Shown piece by piece: positions 1 through 8,687 of a DNA stretch of 64,000 bases; the first letter of the stretch is position 1, and each line of letters starts with the position of its first letter. The position numbers and the translations under genes were made by a program. The stretch covers positions 1,486 through 65,485 of the forward strand of contig JAUYEF010000428.1 of assembly GCA_030691635.1 (NCBI GenBank). The letters are read 5' to 3'. Under the pieces are notes generated by a model. That model worked only from the letters and a program-made list of their open reading frames with translations. It was not told where the DNA came from and ran no database searches. This stretch comes from Bacillota bacterium (GTDB lineage Bacteria; Bacillota; Sulfobacillia; JAUYEF01).

Positions 1-255
1 TCAATTGCGCAGGCTACGAATTCGCTTTCGGGATCATGTGTAGAGTAGTTTACTGAAGATACGGGGTCGTGATGATGGCTTCGCAGGAGGCAGTGTCTGA
101 GGCCGCGGTCGAACTCGGTCTGCTTTCTCAATGAGACGCGCTTTTGCTGGAATACATACTGCAAAGCACCAAACAAGTCGTCGGACATCTGTGGGGACAT
201 AACAAACCGCAATAGACCCTGCTCTTCATACTCAAGGATTTTGGTGGCATCAGGC

Positions 256-1113
256 TCATCGCGTTCCTTTGGTTAGTGCCTCGATTAGGTTGACGCCGCT
301 TGAATAGCCCCGCGGCGCGAGATAGGTCAGGAAACCGAGGCTTTGACCTCGACTCGCCATCTCGATGTCGCGCTGGCTGTCCGTGACTGTGCAGTCGCCG
401 CCCTCAGCGAGAAGAAACACCCTCTTCTCAGGCCCGAGGCCGGCCAGCCATTCAAGCGTCTTCCAGAACCACCTGTTCTGTGGGCACCTGTTGAAGTTCT
501 CCCAGCAGAATCCGTCTACGCTGCCGACGCTGAGGCGACAGATCGTCTCGAGGCCCATGTTCTGGCACAGGATTGCGCTCGGCCAGGCTTGTCGGATGCT
601 CGCGATCGCGTGCACCACCGCCAGCGCGAGTTGGTCTGCCGGCGCGACACTGCCGTCAAACCTGGTCAGCACGGGCCTCTCGACATCGCTCACAGTGTCT
701 ATGAATAGCCCATCGAAGTGCAGCCGCATCGCGTTTGTGACCTTTGCTTGGGCGCGCTCTATGCACCGCGGCGATCCCGGATCGACGATCAGCTGCTGGT
801 GGCCGCACGCCTCAGCCGCTCGCTCCGAGAGAAAGTCCGACGGGCCGAACCCATCGAGCGCCTCGCCTGGCTGCGGCTCAAGCAGGCTTAGGTACGCAAG
901 CACGACCAACCCGGCGTCTTTGAGGCGCAGCACCGAATCGCCATCCCAGGCTGCCGGCTCGAGGATCGCGATGTCGAAGCGCTGGACTTCCTCAGCGTGT
1001 CCATAGCCGTAGAAGACCACGAAGTTACGTGCGTCAAGAAAGCGCTGGCGTGCGCTGCGGTCCGGGCCTCGGTAGGCCTCGTCGCGCTGGCGCGGTGCGT
1101 TAGCGGCGTGCAT
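256..1113 (-). CDS. TM1410/GH114-like (beta/alpha)8 glycoside-hydrolase-like protein, no signal peptide
   Basis: 285-aa ORF. Segments FDIAILEP, LKDAGLVVLAYLSLLE and HFDGLFIDTVSD fit the strand-end motifs I associate with the endo-alpha-1,4-polygalactosaminidase/TM1410 barrel family. The ATG at 1113 overlaps the TAA of the upstream gene by 14 nt (operon). Confidence 0.5.
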   Translation of the reverse strand: MHAANAPRQRDEAYRGPDRSARQRFLDARNFVVFYGYGHAEEVQRFDIAILEPAAWDGDSVLRLKDAGLVVLAYLSLLEPQPGEALDGFGPSDFLSERAAEACGHQQLIVDPGSPRCIERAQAKVTNAMRLHFDGLFIDTVSDVERPVLTRFDGSVAPADQLALAVVHAIASIRQAWPSAILCQNMGLETICRLSVGSVDGFCWENFNRCPQNRWFWKTLEWLAGLGPEKRVFLLAEGGDCTVTDSQRDIEMASRGQSLGFLTYLAPRGYSSGVNLIEALTKGTR

Positions 1114-2908
1114 TGCGGCTGAGGTGCTCTGTGCGCACGATGCAGGTTTCGCAGGAAGCCCCGTGCATCGAGCACTTCACGCCGGCCACGGTCCAACAGG
1201 CAATGTCCGCGCCATAGGCCGGGCACGATGCGGCGATAGAGGGCGGACATAAGACCATTTCCCAACACGGCTCCAGGCTTTTGTCCACTGGCGCGAGCCG
1301 CTGCTTGTCCACCCACCATTGGAGAAACGCCTGGATCACCGCAGGGTCGAATTGGGAACCGGCGCCGGTCTCGAGCATCTTGACCGTAGCGTCAAAGGCA
1401 GCCGCAGGCCTGTATGCCCTGCTTGACGTGGCGGCGCAGAAGGAATCGGCCACGGCCAGCACCCGCGCGCCGGGCGGAATCGAGTCTCCACGCAGCCCGT
1501 CGGGATACCCCCAGCCGTCCCACCGTTCGTGATGATGCCTGACCAGCGCTCCAAGCCCATCATGGTCCCGCACGGGCTCGGCCAGCGCTCCCCCAAGCTC
1601 CACGTGCCCTTTCATCTCCTCATGCTCTTTGTGATCGTACCTGCCGGTCTTGAACAGCACGGCCTCGTCGAGCGCCGCCATGCCTATGTCATGCAAGAAG
1701 CCCGCCAGTTCGACGGTACCGGGGTCCGGCAGGCCCATCTGGGCGGCGATCGCCCTGGAGTAGCGCGCCACTCGGGCGGAGTGTCCGGCTCCGTACGGAT
1801 CTGCGGCATCCATCGCCACGACGATGGCTTTCAGCGCTTCGACATACGTGACCGACATCTGGCGGAGGAGCCTTTCCTGCCCCATGGCCTGGCCGATCCG
1901 GGATGCCACGGCCCCGAGCGCCTCTGCAAGATGCTCCGGGAGCGCGCCCGGTGGTCTCATCCAGATGGCGAGCAAATGCTGGCTGCCGGCAGGGAACAGA
2001 ACGGGCTTCAGCCCAAGGCGGCGGACGCCACCGTTCGGGTCGGGCTCCCGTAGGCCGGCCCCGCCCGGCTTGTCGCCTGCTCCCCGCGCGGCGATAACCG
2101 ACGGCAGCATATCTTCTACCGCCCGTGCCTCTTCTCCGGACAACCCCCAGGCCGCAGCGATGCGCGGTTCCTGCTCTGTGGCCGAAATGAGCACCCCCGC
2201 AGCCGCCCTGGAGACCCGCCCGACCAGGCCCAACAGCGTTTCGGCCAGTTGGCCCCCGCCGATGCTGGTCGCGCTTGCCACGGCTGCCCTCACCCTTGCG
2301 TCCCCAAGATCTCCGGCGAGGATGCTCACCTGGGAGGCAAGATCGAGAACACGCCCGGCGCATCTTCCGAGGAGCGACAGTGACCTGAGGGTGCTGGGGG
2401 GTACGGGGTTCTTGAACGGTCCAACCCGGAGCAACCCAGAGTGATCGCGTCCGAGAGAGACGTCGACGAACCTCAGATCCCCCTCGCTGGTGACTGCCGC
2501 CTCCGGTGGCCTCCCGCGCAGATGCAGCGTGAAGGGCGGCAGGTACCCGGAGTCCTGGAGTTCGGCGATGCTTGAGTAGCTGACCCCGACCCTTGCGCGC
2601 AATGCTTCGCTGTCCAGCGCAAGCAGGGTTGCATCCGCGGCCATGCTGGTCCGCCAGTAGACGTAGTGGCCAGGAGCGGAAACGATCTTGCCCGACGCCT
2701 CGACCACATTTGCCGCCACCCTCTTCAGGTCAGGCGGGCCGCTGTCGTCGCTCACCACCTTCATGAGGACATCGAGGCGTGCCCGGTCGACTCTACGCGC
2801 CCGTAACAGCAGCAAGCACAGCACCGCCGTGAGGAGCATGAGTATCGCGCAAGCAGGCAGCGCTACCCGAAGCCCTTCCTCATCCATCGCAAAGACCTCC
2901 GGGCGCAT
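1100..2908 (-). CDS. Membrane-anchored HD-GYP domain protein (c-di-GMP phosphodiesterase type) with a C-terminal Cys-rich 2xCW module
   Basis: 602-aa ORF with an N-terminal TM segment (LPACAILMLLTAVLCLLLL). About 330 aa of sensor-like region follow, then GHSARVARYS...FLHDIGM...HHERWDGWGYPDG (canonical HD and GYP motifs). The tail is CWEMVLCPPSIAASCPAYGADIACWTVAGVKCSMHGASCETC (7 Cys, two CW). Confidence 0.8.
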   Translation of the reverse strand: MRPEVFAMDEEGLRVALPACAILMLLTAVLCLLLLRARRVDRARLDVLMKVVSDDSGPPDLKRVAANVVEASGKIVSAPGHYVYWRTSMAADATLLALDSEALRARVGVSYSSIAELQDSGYLPPFTLHLRGRPPEAAVTSEGDLRFVDVSLGRDHSGLLRVGPFKNPVPPSTLRSLSLLGRCAGRVLDLASQVSILAGDLGDARVRAAVASATSIGGGQLAETLLGLVGRVSRAAAGVLISATEQEPRIAAAWGLSGEEARAVEDMLPSVIAARGAGDKPGGAGLREPDPNGGVRRLGLKPVLFPAGSQHLLAIWMRPPGALPEHLAEALGAVASRIGQAMGQERLLRQMSVTYVEALKAIVVAMDAADPYGAGHSARVARYSRAIAAQMGLPDPGTVELAGFLHDIGMAALDEAVLFKTGRYDHKEHEEMKGHVELGGALAEPVRDHDGLGALVRHHHERWDGWGYPDGLRGDSIPPGARVLAVADSFCAATSSRAYRPAAAFDATVKMLETGAGSQFDPAVIQAFLQWWVDKQRLAPVDKSLEPCWEMVLCPPSIAASCPAYGADIACWTVAGVKCSMHGASCETCIVRTEHLSRNARR

Positions 2909-2911
2909 CTC

Positions 2912-4162
2912 TCATCGCCTGACCACCCTCCGCCACATCTCCCGGTCCGTACAATGGCTGGCTATTGCGGAAAGCACACCCGCGACCGGCCACGGATCAT
3001 CTGGTTCGAAGATGTCCTTTCGCTCCCCGCCGGGAGCAGGAGGCAACGGTCTGGGCAGACGTCCTGCGCAGAGGCACGCCGCCGCGTGAAGTATGCCCCC
3101 CGGCAGCAGCCATTTCACACGAACCCCAGGCACATATGCGTGAGTTGCCGGCACCGCTTCACCCAGCGCCTCAAGGAGCGCGAGAGCCGGGAAATCCACT
3201 CCGGCAGCCACTGCGCACGCGAGCGAAGCCCAGAACCGCGGGTTCACCTCCATGAGCACTGGCCTTGAGTCGCGCCGGTCCACCATGTACTCGACCTCGG
3301 CGACGCTTCTCCAGCCCGTCTTCTCGAGAAGGCGTGTGGCGCTTTCCACCAGTTCAGGCCTCACTGTGCTTTCCTGCACCGTGCTTGGCCCCCGGTCCAA
3401 AGGATAGTTCCTGAGCTCGCGCTGCACGAACGATGCACGTAAGTCCTCATCCCTGTCAAACAGCATGCACACGTCAAACCGGTCTCCCGGTGGTATGAAC
3501 TCTTGCACAAGGGGCGGGCCGTGCTCTCTCTGCACAGATTCATATGCCGCCACGAAGTCCCGCTCTGTGCGGATATACCTGAGCCCCCGGCCTCCAGATG
3601 TCTTCCGGGGCCTCAGCACACACGGGAAACCCAGACGCCTCGCCGCCCGGAGCGCGGATGAAGAGCTGTCCGGGAGTTCCGTGGCGGGATGCCTCAGCCC
3701 CCGCTTGGCCGCGATTTCGTAGGTCTGGAACTTGTCGCGTGCGGCCATATACGCGCTGGGCGGCGCGAGCGCCACTGGTACGCCCGGGTTCCAGCCCGAA
3801 GCCAGGGCTGAGGTCACCACATCACAGACTGCGTCGTCCATTGGGAAAAACGCGTCGAGCAACCGTGTCCGCAGGAACAGCCTGAGGAACTCTTCGAATC
3901 CGGCTGGCCTGCCGGCGGCGGACGGGTAGGCGACTGACTCCGAGCAGTACCGGGAGAAGGCAGCCACAGGCGCTCTGGTCTCCTCGCCGACAACCACCCG
4001 TACGCCCTTCCGTCCCAGGGAACGAGTCGCCGCCAGCGCCTTCCGCTGGTTCCCGTCGGTCACGAACACCTTGATGCCCGAGAACATGGTCGGGCCGGTG
4101 AGTTGGGACGCCTGGACGCCCGCGGGAGGCCTGGATGCCGGGGGTGGGGTGATCTCGCCCAT
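2912..4162 (-). CDS. ATP-grasp domain protein (carboxylate-amine ligase type)
   Basis: 416-aa ORF. KVFVTDGNQRKALAATRSLGRKGVRVVV (pre-ATP-grasp Rossmann-like), GFPCVLRPRKTSGGRGL and AEVEYMVD...PVLMEVNPRFW are ATP-grasp signatures. The ATG follows the GT2 stop by 1 nt; an alternative ATG lies at 4087. Confidence 0.65.
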   Translation of the reverse strand: MGEITPPPASRPPAGVQASQLTGPTMFSGIKVFVTDGNQRKALAATRSLGRKGVRVVVGEETRAPVAAFSRYCSESVAYPSAAGRPAGFEEFLRLFLRTRLLDAFFPMDDAVCDVVTSALASGWNPGVPVALAPPSAYMAARDKFQTYEIAAKRGLRHPATELPDSSSSALRAARRLGFPCVLRPRKTSGGRGLRYIRTERDFVAAYESVQREHGPPLVQEFIPPGDRFDVCMLFDRDEDLRASFVQRELRNYPLDRGPSTVQESTVRPELVESATRLLEKTGWRSVAEVEYMVDRRDSRPVLMEVNPRFWASLACAVAAGVDFPALALLEALGEAVPATHAYVPGVRVKWLLPGGILHAAACLCAGRLPRPLPPAPGGERKDIFEPDDPWPVAGVLSAIASHCTDREMWRRVVRR

Positions 4163-4163
4163 C

Positions 4164-4979
4164 TCAGCGTGCCTCCACGCGCCGCTCCAGGTCCGCGGCG
4201 GAAACGACGCTCGCCCGTTTCAGCACCCGGTCCGCCCTGGCCCCCGGCGTGCTTGCCAGGCCGAGCTCCACCCGGACAAACGCCCAGGCCCCCATGAGCA
4301 TATTGGCCAGGCCATCCCTTACGCGTGCGCCGTCCCGGTAGTAGCGCACCTTCACAGGGTGCGAATTGTCCACCCTGTGACCGGCCCTTGAGGCGATGAT
4401 CCCGATCTCCTGAGCGCATGTGTACTTCCAACCCGTGAAGAACCTGAGCAGGTCCGCGACGACCCAGGCGCGCATGGCGCGGAACCCGCTCTCCACGTCG
4501 ATATAGCGGCTACCCGACAAACACGTGGCCCACGCAGAAAGGATGGTGTTTCCGAAGCGCTTGAAGGCCGGATAGCTTCCCATATCCCTCCTCCCGAGCA
4601 CCAGGGCCGCGTCCGATTGCTCCAACTGAGTGCACAGCCCCGGGATATCGCCAGGGTCATGTTGCCCGTCGGCGTCCATCGTCAGCACGATGTCGGATTC
4701 CGACAGCATGCCCGCCTCCATGAGTCTCCAAATGTAGCAGAGACCCGTAAGCAGGGCCCCGGACATGCCGTGGTTTCTCCCAAGGTTTATGAGCGTGGCC
4801 TTGGCGCCGTCCCGCGACCTTAGCATCCATGCCGTCACCAGCAGGGCGGATGTGTCCGTAGACCCATCGTTGACCACGACTATGTGGTCCACTTCTGGAG
4901 CGGCGCCGCTCAAGACCTCGAGCACAGTCCTGGACTCATTGAACTGCGGCAGGATCAGGACTCGTTTCACTTCCCTCAA
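4164..4979 (-). CDS. Family 2 glycosyltransferase
   Basis: 271-aa ORF. VLILPQFNESRTVLEVL, HIVVVNDGSTDTS and LTMDADGQHDP are typical of the GT-A/GT2 fold (DPM1-like). The TTG start lies 1 nt after the stop of the preceding reading frame. Confidence 0.8.
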   Translation of the reverse strand: MREVKRVLILPQFNESRTVLEVLSGAAPEVDHIVVVNDGSTDTSALLVTAWMLRSRDGAKATLINLGRNHGMSGALLTGLCYIWRLMEAGMLSESDIVLTMDADGQHDPGDIPGLCTQLEQSDAALVLGRRDMGSYPAFKRFGNTILSAWATCLSGSRYIDVESGFRAMRAWVVADLLRFFTGWKYTCAQEIGIIASRAGHRVDNSHPVKVRYYRDGARVRDGLANMLMGAWAFVRVELGLASTPGARADRVLKRASVVSAADLERRVEAR

Positions 4980-4980
4980 G

Positions 4981-5292
4981 TCACCTTCCGTCTCTCGAGC
5001 CAGGCCCCTCAGGTCGCCACACGCGTTGCCAGTCGCCCCGCAGCGGCTCTCCCTGGTCTATGAGCCACACTTCCAGGTCGCGATCGCTGAAGTAGAGAGA
5101 GATGTTGCTGTGCCTTTCAGCGTAAGCCTTGATCCAAGCGCCCAACCGCGCTGCCAGCAGGCCGGCGCGTTCACTCTGGGCCTCAGACTCGGGCGAACCG
5201 AGCCCGGGAGCGCCCGGCGTTGGCCGGAAGACGGTCTTCTCGAGAAACAGGAACACCCGTGATGCCGGCAGGATGGCCGCGCCTGGCTGGTC
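4981..5292 (-). CDS. Coding segment in the +1 frame relative to the upstream membrane gene (probable C-terminal continuation, or a small ORF lacking a canonical start)
   Basis: The frame reads ...DQPGAAILPASRVFLFLEKTVFRPTPGAPGLG...AWIKAYAERHSNISLYFSDRDLEVWLIDQG and has high third-position GC. It ends exactly at the GT2 start. The annotated frame of the 448-aa ORF turns Arg-rich with low GC3 over the same DNA. Confidence 0.4.
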   Translation of the reverse strand, partial: DQPGAAILPASRVFLFLEKTVFRPTPGAPGLGSPESEAQSERAGLLAARLGAWIKAYAERHSNISLYFSDRDLEVWLIDQGEPLRGDWQRVWRPEGPGSRDGR

Positions 5293-6529
5293 TTCTCTGG
5301 GCGAAGCAGCGATAGGGGAGTAGGAACAAGGCCCAAGTGACAAAGCGCAAATTAGGCATTGCCGTGGGATCGTAGGCTGCTAGAAACTCCTGCAGGCTCA
5401 TGTGCCAACCAGCGCCCAGCGCCAGGGCATATCCCTCTTCGCCGCCGACGATCATCCACTTGTGGGGCGTGTGTGTGGTCGCGATGCGAAGATACTGGTC
5501 CACCCAGGCATCCGACTGCATCCTGTAGGCGGCCGCCGGCTGGACACCGGCCTTCCACGCCGTCATGCCGAGGCCCAGCAAGACCAGCGTGGCTACCAGC
5601 CGGCCGGCGCCTCGCCGGACCGGGGAGTCCGGGGCAAGGCTTCCCACGCCGGCGGAAATGCCGAGAGCTATGCCAGGGCTCCCGGATTCGCCGCCCCTGG
5701 TGGAGAGGACGAGACTGCTCAGCCCCAGCCGCGACGCCTGCCATATCGCAAGCGACGCCAGGGTCACCAGCAGGCACACCAGAGAATCCTTAGGCGAGGG
5801 GCCCTGCCGGGCGCCGGTATCCCATGTCGACCGGCCGCGCGCGTGGCGAAACAGGGTGATCACCATGCCACCTGCGGCACAGCAAACGGCCGCCAGCGCG
5901 ACTGGAGTCAACCCCTGCCCGGCGGCGTTTCCCCCCGAGAGCGCAAAGGCAAGCGAACTCTGGTGAAGAGGAATTCCATGCAAGAGGCCTGCCGCTATGG
6001 GCGCCGCTGAAACCCCTGCGGCGAGCAGGCCGGTCCATATGACCCGTTTGGCGCGCCTGTGGTCAAGGCTGCCACAGATGGCGTGAGCGCTTAGGCAACA
6101 GCCGGTGTATGTCGCGGCAGCCAGGGCGGGCAATGGGTGCACCAGGCCAGTCACCGCCAGGCCGGCCCCGGCCGTGGTGAGGTCCAGGTGATCGCCTTCG
6201 TCCAGGTAGCGTGACAAAAGCACGACCACCGGCAGCACAAACGCCATTCCGAACTCCTGTGAGTTCGTGGATGCCTGCCGCGCGTAGTCCAGGGGCAGAG
6301 TTCGGGGAAGTAAGCCCAGCACGAACGCGGCGACAAGGCCTGCTGTGGGCGATCTGGTCAGCCTGGTGGCGCAATACCAGGCACCGGCCACTGTGAGCAG
6401 GGACGCCAGCGGGCCCGCGAACTTCAGGACCAGCAGCGGGTCGATGGCCGAGATCTTCCGCAGGGCTGACAGGATGATGTGAAAGCCGTGTGGGTACACC
6501 CCATCATGGAACAGCTGCTTTGATTCCAT
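5183..6529 (-). CDS. Polytopic membrane protein, GT-C-like (central part of an interrupted gene?)
   Basis: 448-aa ORF with many hydrophobic segments. It starts MESKQLFHDGVYPHGFH immediately after an in-frame TAA. The last ~35 codons look out of frame. Confidence 0.55.
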   Translation of the reverse strand: MESKQLFHDGVYPHGFHIILSALRKISAIDPLLVLKFAGPLASLLTVAGAWYCATRLTRSPTAGLVAAFVLGLLPRTLPLDYARQASTNSQEFGMAFVLPVVVLLSRYLDEGDHLDLTTAGAGLAVTGLVHPLPALAAATYTGCCLSAHAICGSLDHRRAKRVIWTGLLAAGVSAAPIAAGLLHGIPLHQSSLAFALSGGNAAGQGLTPVALAAVCCAAGGMVITLFRHARGRSTWDTGARQGPSPKDSLVCLLVTLASLAIWQASRLGLSSLVLSTRGGESGSPGIALGISAGVGSLAPDSPVRRGAGRLVATLVLLGLGMTAWKAGVQPAAAYRMQSDAWVDQYLRIATTHTPHKWMIVGGEEGYALALGAGWHMSLQEFLAAYDPTAMPNLRFVTWALFLLPYRCFAQRRPARRGHPAGITGVPVSREDRLPANAGRSRARFARV

Positions 6530-7069
6530 TTACTTCATCCAGGCAAGCGTGACGTAGGCGTCTGACAGGGCAGGCGCGGCATGGATGAACGGGTCGTACA
6601 GCCGGAGGAACCCGGCGGCCACCAGAATGGCCGCTGTGCCGGCTGTGATGATACTGCGCCAGAGGCGGGGGGCCTGACGCACCGACTGGCTCGCCGCGTT
6701 CCATGGCCCCAGGATACGGGTGTTCTGTTTGCCGTCCACCACGTCGAGAAACGCGGCAGCGGTCGCATCGAGCCGGCCACGCAGCGCGCGCGGGGGTAGC
6801 CGGGCAATGCGCAGGCCCGCCAGCGCCAGGAAGACTGCCGCGAGCGAGGGCAGTTCGTAAATCCTCAGCGCGGCAAGCAGGTAGACGGAGATGATGACAG
6901 CCATGACGCTCCTGGTGATTCCGGCGAAAGCCTTATCGGCCGTGGTCCAACGGCGGCTCTGGCCAAAGACCAGAGCCGGCACGACGCATAGCAGAAGCGC
7001 GCCGGAAAGCAACACGCGCGCCAGCGCCGATGCGGCAAACGGGATGGTATACGTTACGCCCGTGCCCAC
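6530..7069 (-). CDS. Membrane protein with 4 TM segments (possible N-terminal part of the GT-C-like protein)
   Basis: 179-aa ORF ending ...RLYDPFIHAAPALSDAYVTLAWMK-TAA. The next ORF begins at the very next codon in the same frame. Confidence 0.5.
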   Translation of the reverse strand: MGTGVTYTIPFAASALARVLLSGALLLCVVPALVFGQSRRWTTADKAFAGITRSVMAVIISVYLLAALRIYELPSLAAVFLALAGLRIARLPPRALRGRLDATAAAFLDVVDGKQNTRILGPWNAASQSVRQAPRLWRSIITAGTAAILVAAGFLRLYDPFIHAAPALSDAYVTLAWMK

Positions 7070-7079
7070 AGCATCCTCC

Positions 7080-8687
7080 CTACGCGGCCGCGTACAGGTG
7101 ATAATCCATCCTGCTCAGCACGCGTTTGCACGCCCGTGTCGTGAAAAACAGAAAGACGAGAACACCTGCCATGAGCCCGCAGGTTGCGAGGGCGTAATGC
7201 CAGAGCCTTGTGAGCAGAAAGCCCACGAGGCAGTTGACAACCAGGCCGGCACCCATTCCGGCCACCGCCGGGCCGGGCACCGAAAGGCTGAATAGGACCA
7301 GGCAGTTGAGCATGCATGGGGCGAGGAGGGCATACGCGATCGACGCCGTGCGCAGCGTGAAGACGCTGACGGGGTCGAGCGTGCACCCGGCCCCACCGGG
7401 AAGAAGCCTTTGGGTGATGTCCAGGAGCACGGGCGGCACCAGCATTCCGGCAGCTGCTGCCACGCAGCAGAGCGCAAGGCTCCCAAGGTAGGCGCGGTAC
7501 TGCCTGGAGTTGAAGAGGCGGATGCGCGGACCGGTATACTCCTTCTGCAGGTCGGACAGCCGCGCTGAGAAGCGCGAGATAAGGACCTCTATCATGCCGA
7601 GAGGAAGCACCAGTCCCATCATGGCCCAGTCCAGGCCGAGCTCATAATCCCCACGGAACCATATGACGTACGGCATGAAAGCGCTGTGGGCCGACCACGC
7701 CATGAGCCGGTCCAGGTAGAGAAATAGGAAGAATAGGAACCCATAGGTGAAGTACGGCGCCACCGTATAGGCCACAATCGACATTCGCGGCATCCTGGGC
7801 GACCCACGGCTGCCCTTTCTTCTCTCCTCGCGCGCGAAGAGGATGGTGGCCAGCAGGATGCCTGCGGCACTGGTCGCGCACAGCGCGACCACCTGCGCCG
7901 TGGTGATGGGTAAGTAAAACCGCTCGTGCAGCGCCCAGACGAGCCACGTCCCGGCGCCAACGAGCACGGTGAACAGCACCTCCGCGCGCAGCATGTAGAA
8001 GATCGTGAGAGAGAGCCACATGGCGCAGAGAAGGAGGAAGTGCGAGACGATAGAGAGGGTCATCGCCGGGGGAAACAGCGGGAAGACCATTCCCGCAAGG
8101 AGGATTCCCGCGCCGAGCACGGCGCTGACCAGCGCGCCCATCCGCGCAAGCAGGAATGTCATGCGTCTCGCCATGCCGTATTCCGACTGCACCACATACA
8201 TGAGCCCGCGACGGGCGATGGCCTGCGTGAAGCCCCCAGTCGCGAGGAATCTCAGCACTATGGCCAGCGCGATGGCGGTCGCCCTCTCCACGGTAAGGTA
8301 CTGGTACGCCCAGAGGGAATACCTGAGTGTCAGCATGGCGAAGATCGAGATGATCATCGGGGCGGCGAATATCGTGCCTTTCAGAAAGCTCCTGGCATCC
8401 CCGGCCAGCGTCCCCAGCAGCGGTCTGGCGCGGGCCCTGGCAGGGATTTGGGCTGCGGCTCGCGCCCGGACCGCCGGCCATATTTCCCTGGCGAGCGCAA
8501 ACACGTCTTGCAGCCGGAACCGTTGTGCGACCCGTTGGTCGGTCCAGCCCAGCGACTCAAGCGCGGCCCCGACCTCCAGTTCGTCTCCAGGCGCGCGGGA
8601 GACGGCGAGCACTGACGTGCAGAGCCGTTCGAGCTCTCCTACCCGCACCGCTCCCCCTCCTCCGGTCTCACCCTGCTTCCAGGCCAT
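7080..8687 (-). CDS. Large polytopic membrane protein, PelG-like exporter candidate with an N-terminal cytoplasmic extension
   Basis: 535-aa ORF with about 10-12 TM segments. The segment RGDYELGLDWAMMGLVLPLGMIEVLISRFSARL resembles the conserved PelG loop as I recall it. Position next to the PelF-like gene supports the call. An alternative GTG start at 8648 has a GGAGGAGGGGGAG SD. Confidence 0.45.
   Translation of the reverse strand: MAWKQGETGGGGAVRVGELERLCTSVLAVSRAPGDELEVGAALESLGWTDQRVAQRFRLQDVFALAREIWPAVRARAAAQIPARARARPLLGTLAGDARSFLKGTIFAAPMIISIFAMLTLRYSLWAYQYLTVERATAIALAIVLRFLATGGFTQAIARRGLMYVVQSEYGMARRMTFLLARMGALVSAVLGAGILLAGMVFPLFPPAMTLSIVSHFLLLCAMWLSLTIFYMLRAEVLFTVLVGAGTWLVWALHERFYLPITTAQVVALCATSAAGILLATILFAREERRKGSRGSPRMPRMSIVAYTVAPYFTYGFLFFLFLYLDRLMAWSAHSAFMPYVIWFRGDYELGLDWAMMGLVLPLGMIEVLISRFSARLSDLQKEYTGPRIRLFNSRQYRAYLGSLALCCVAAAAGMLVPPVLLDITQRLLPGGAGCTLDPVSVFTLRTASIAYALLAPCMLNCLVLFSLSVPGPAVAGMGAGLVVNCLVGFLLTRLWHYALATCGLMAGVLVFLFFTTRACKRVLSRMDYHLYAAA

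Noticed and set aside
1-200. Partial minus-strand ORF at the window edge
   Set aside because: It is open to the window boundary but has no recognisable motif, a lower GC content and no SD. This is too weak to list as a feature.
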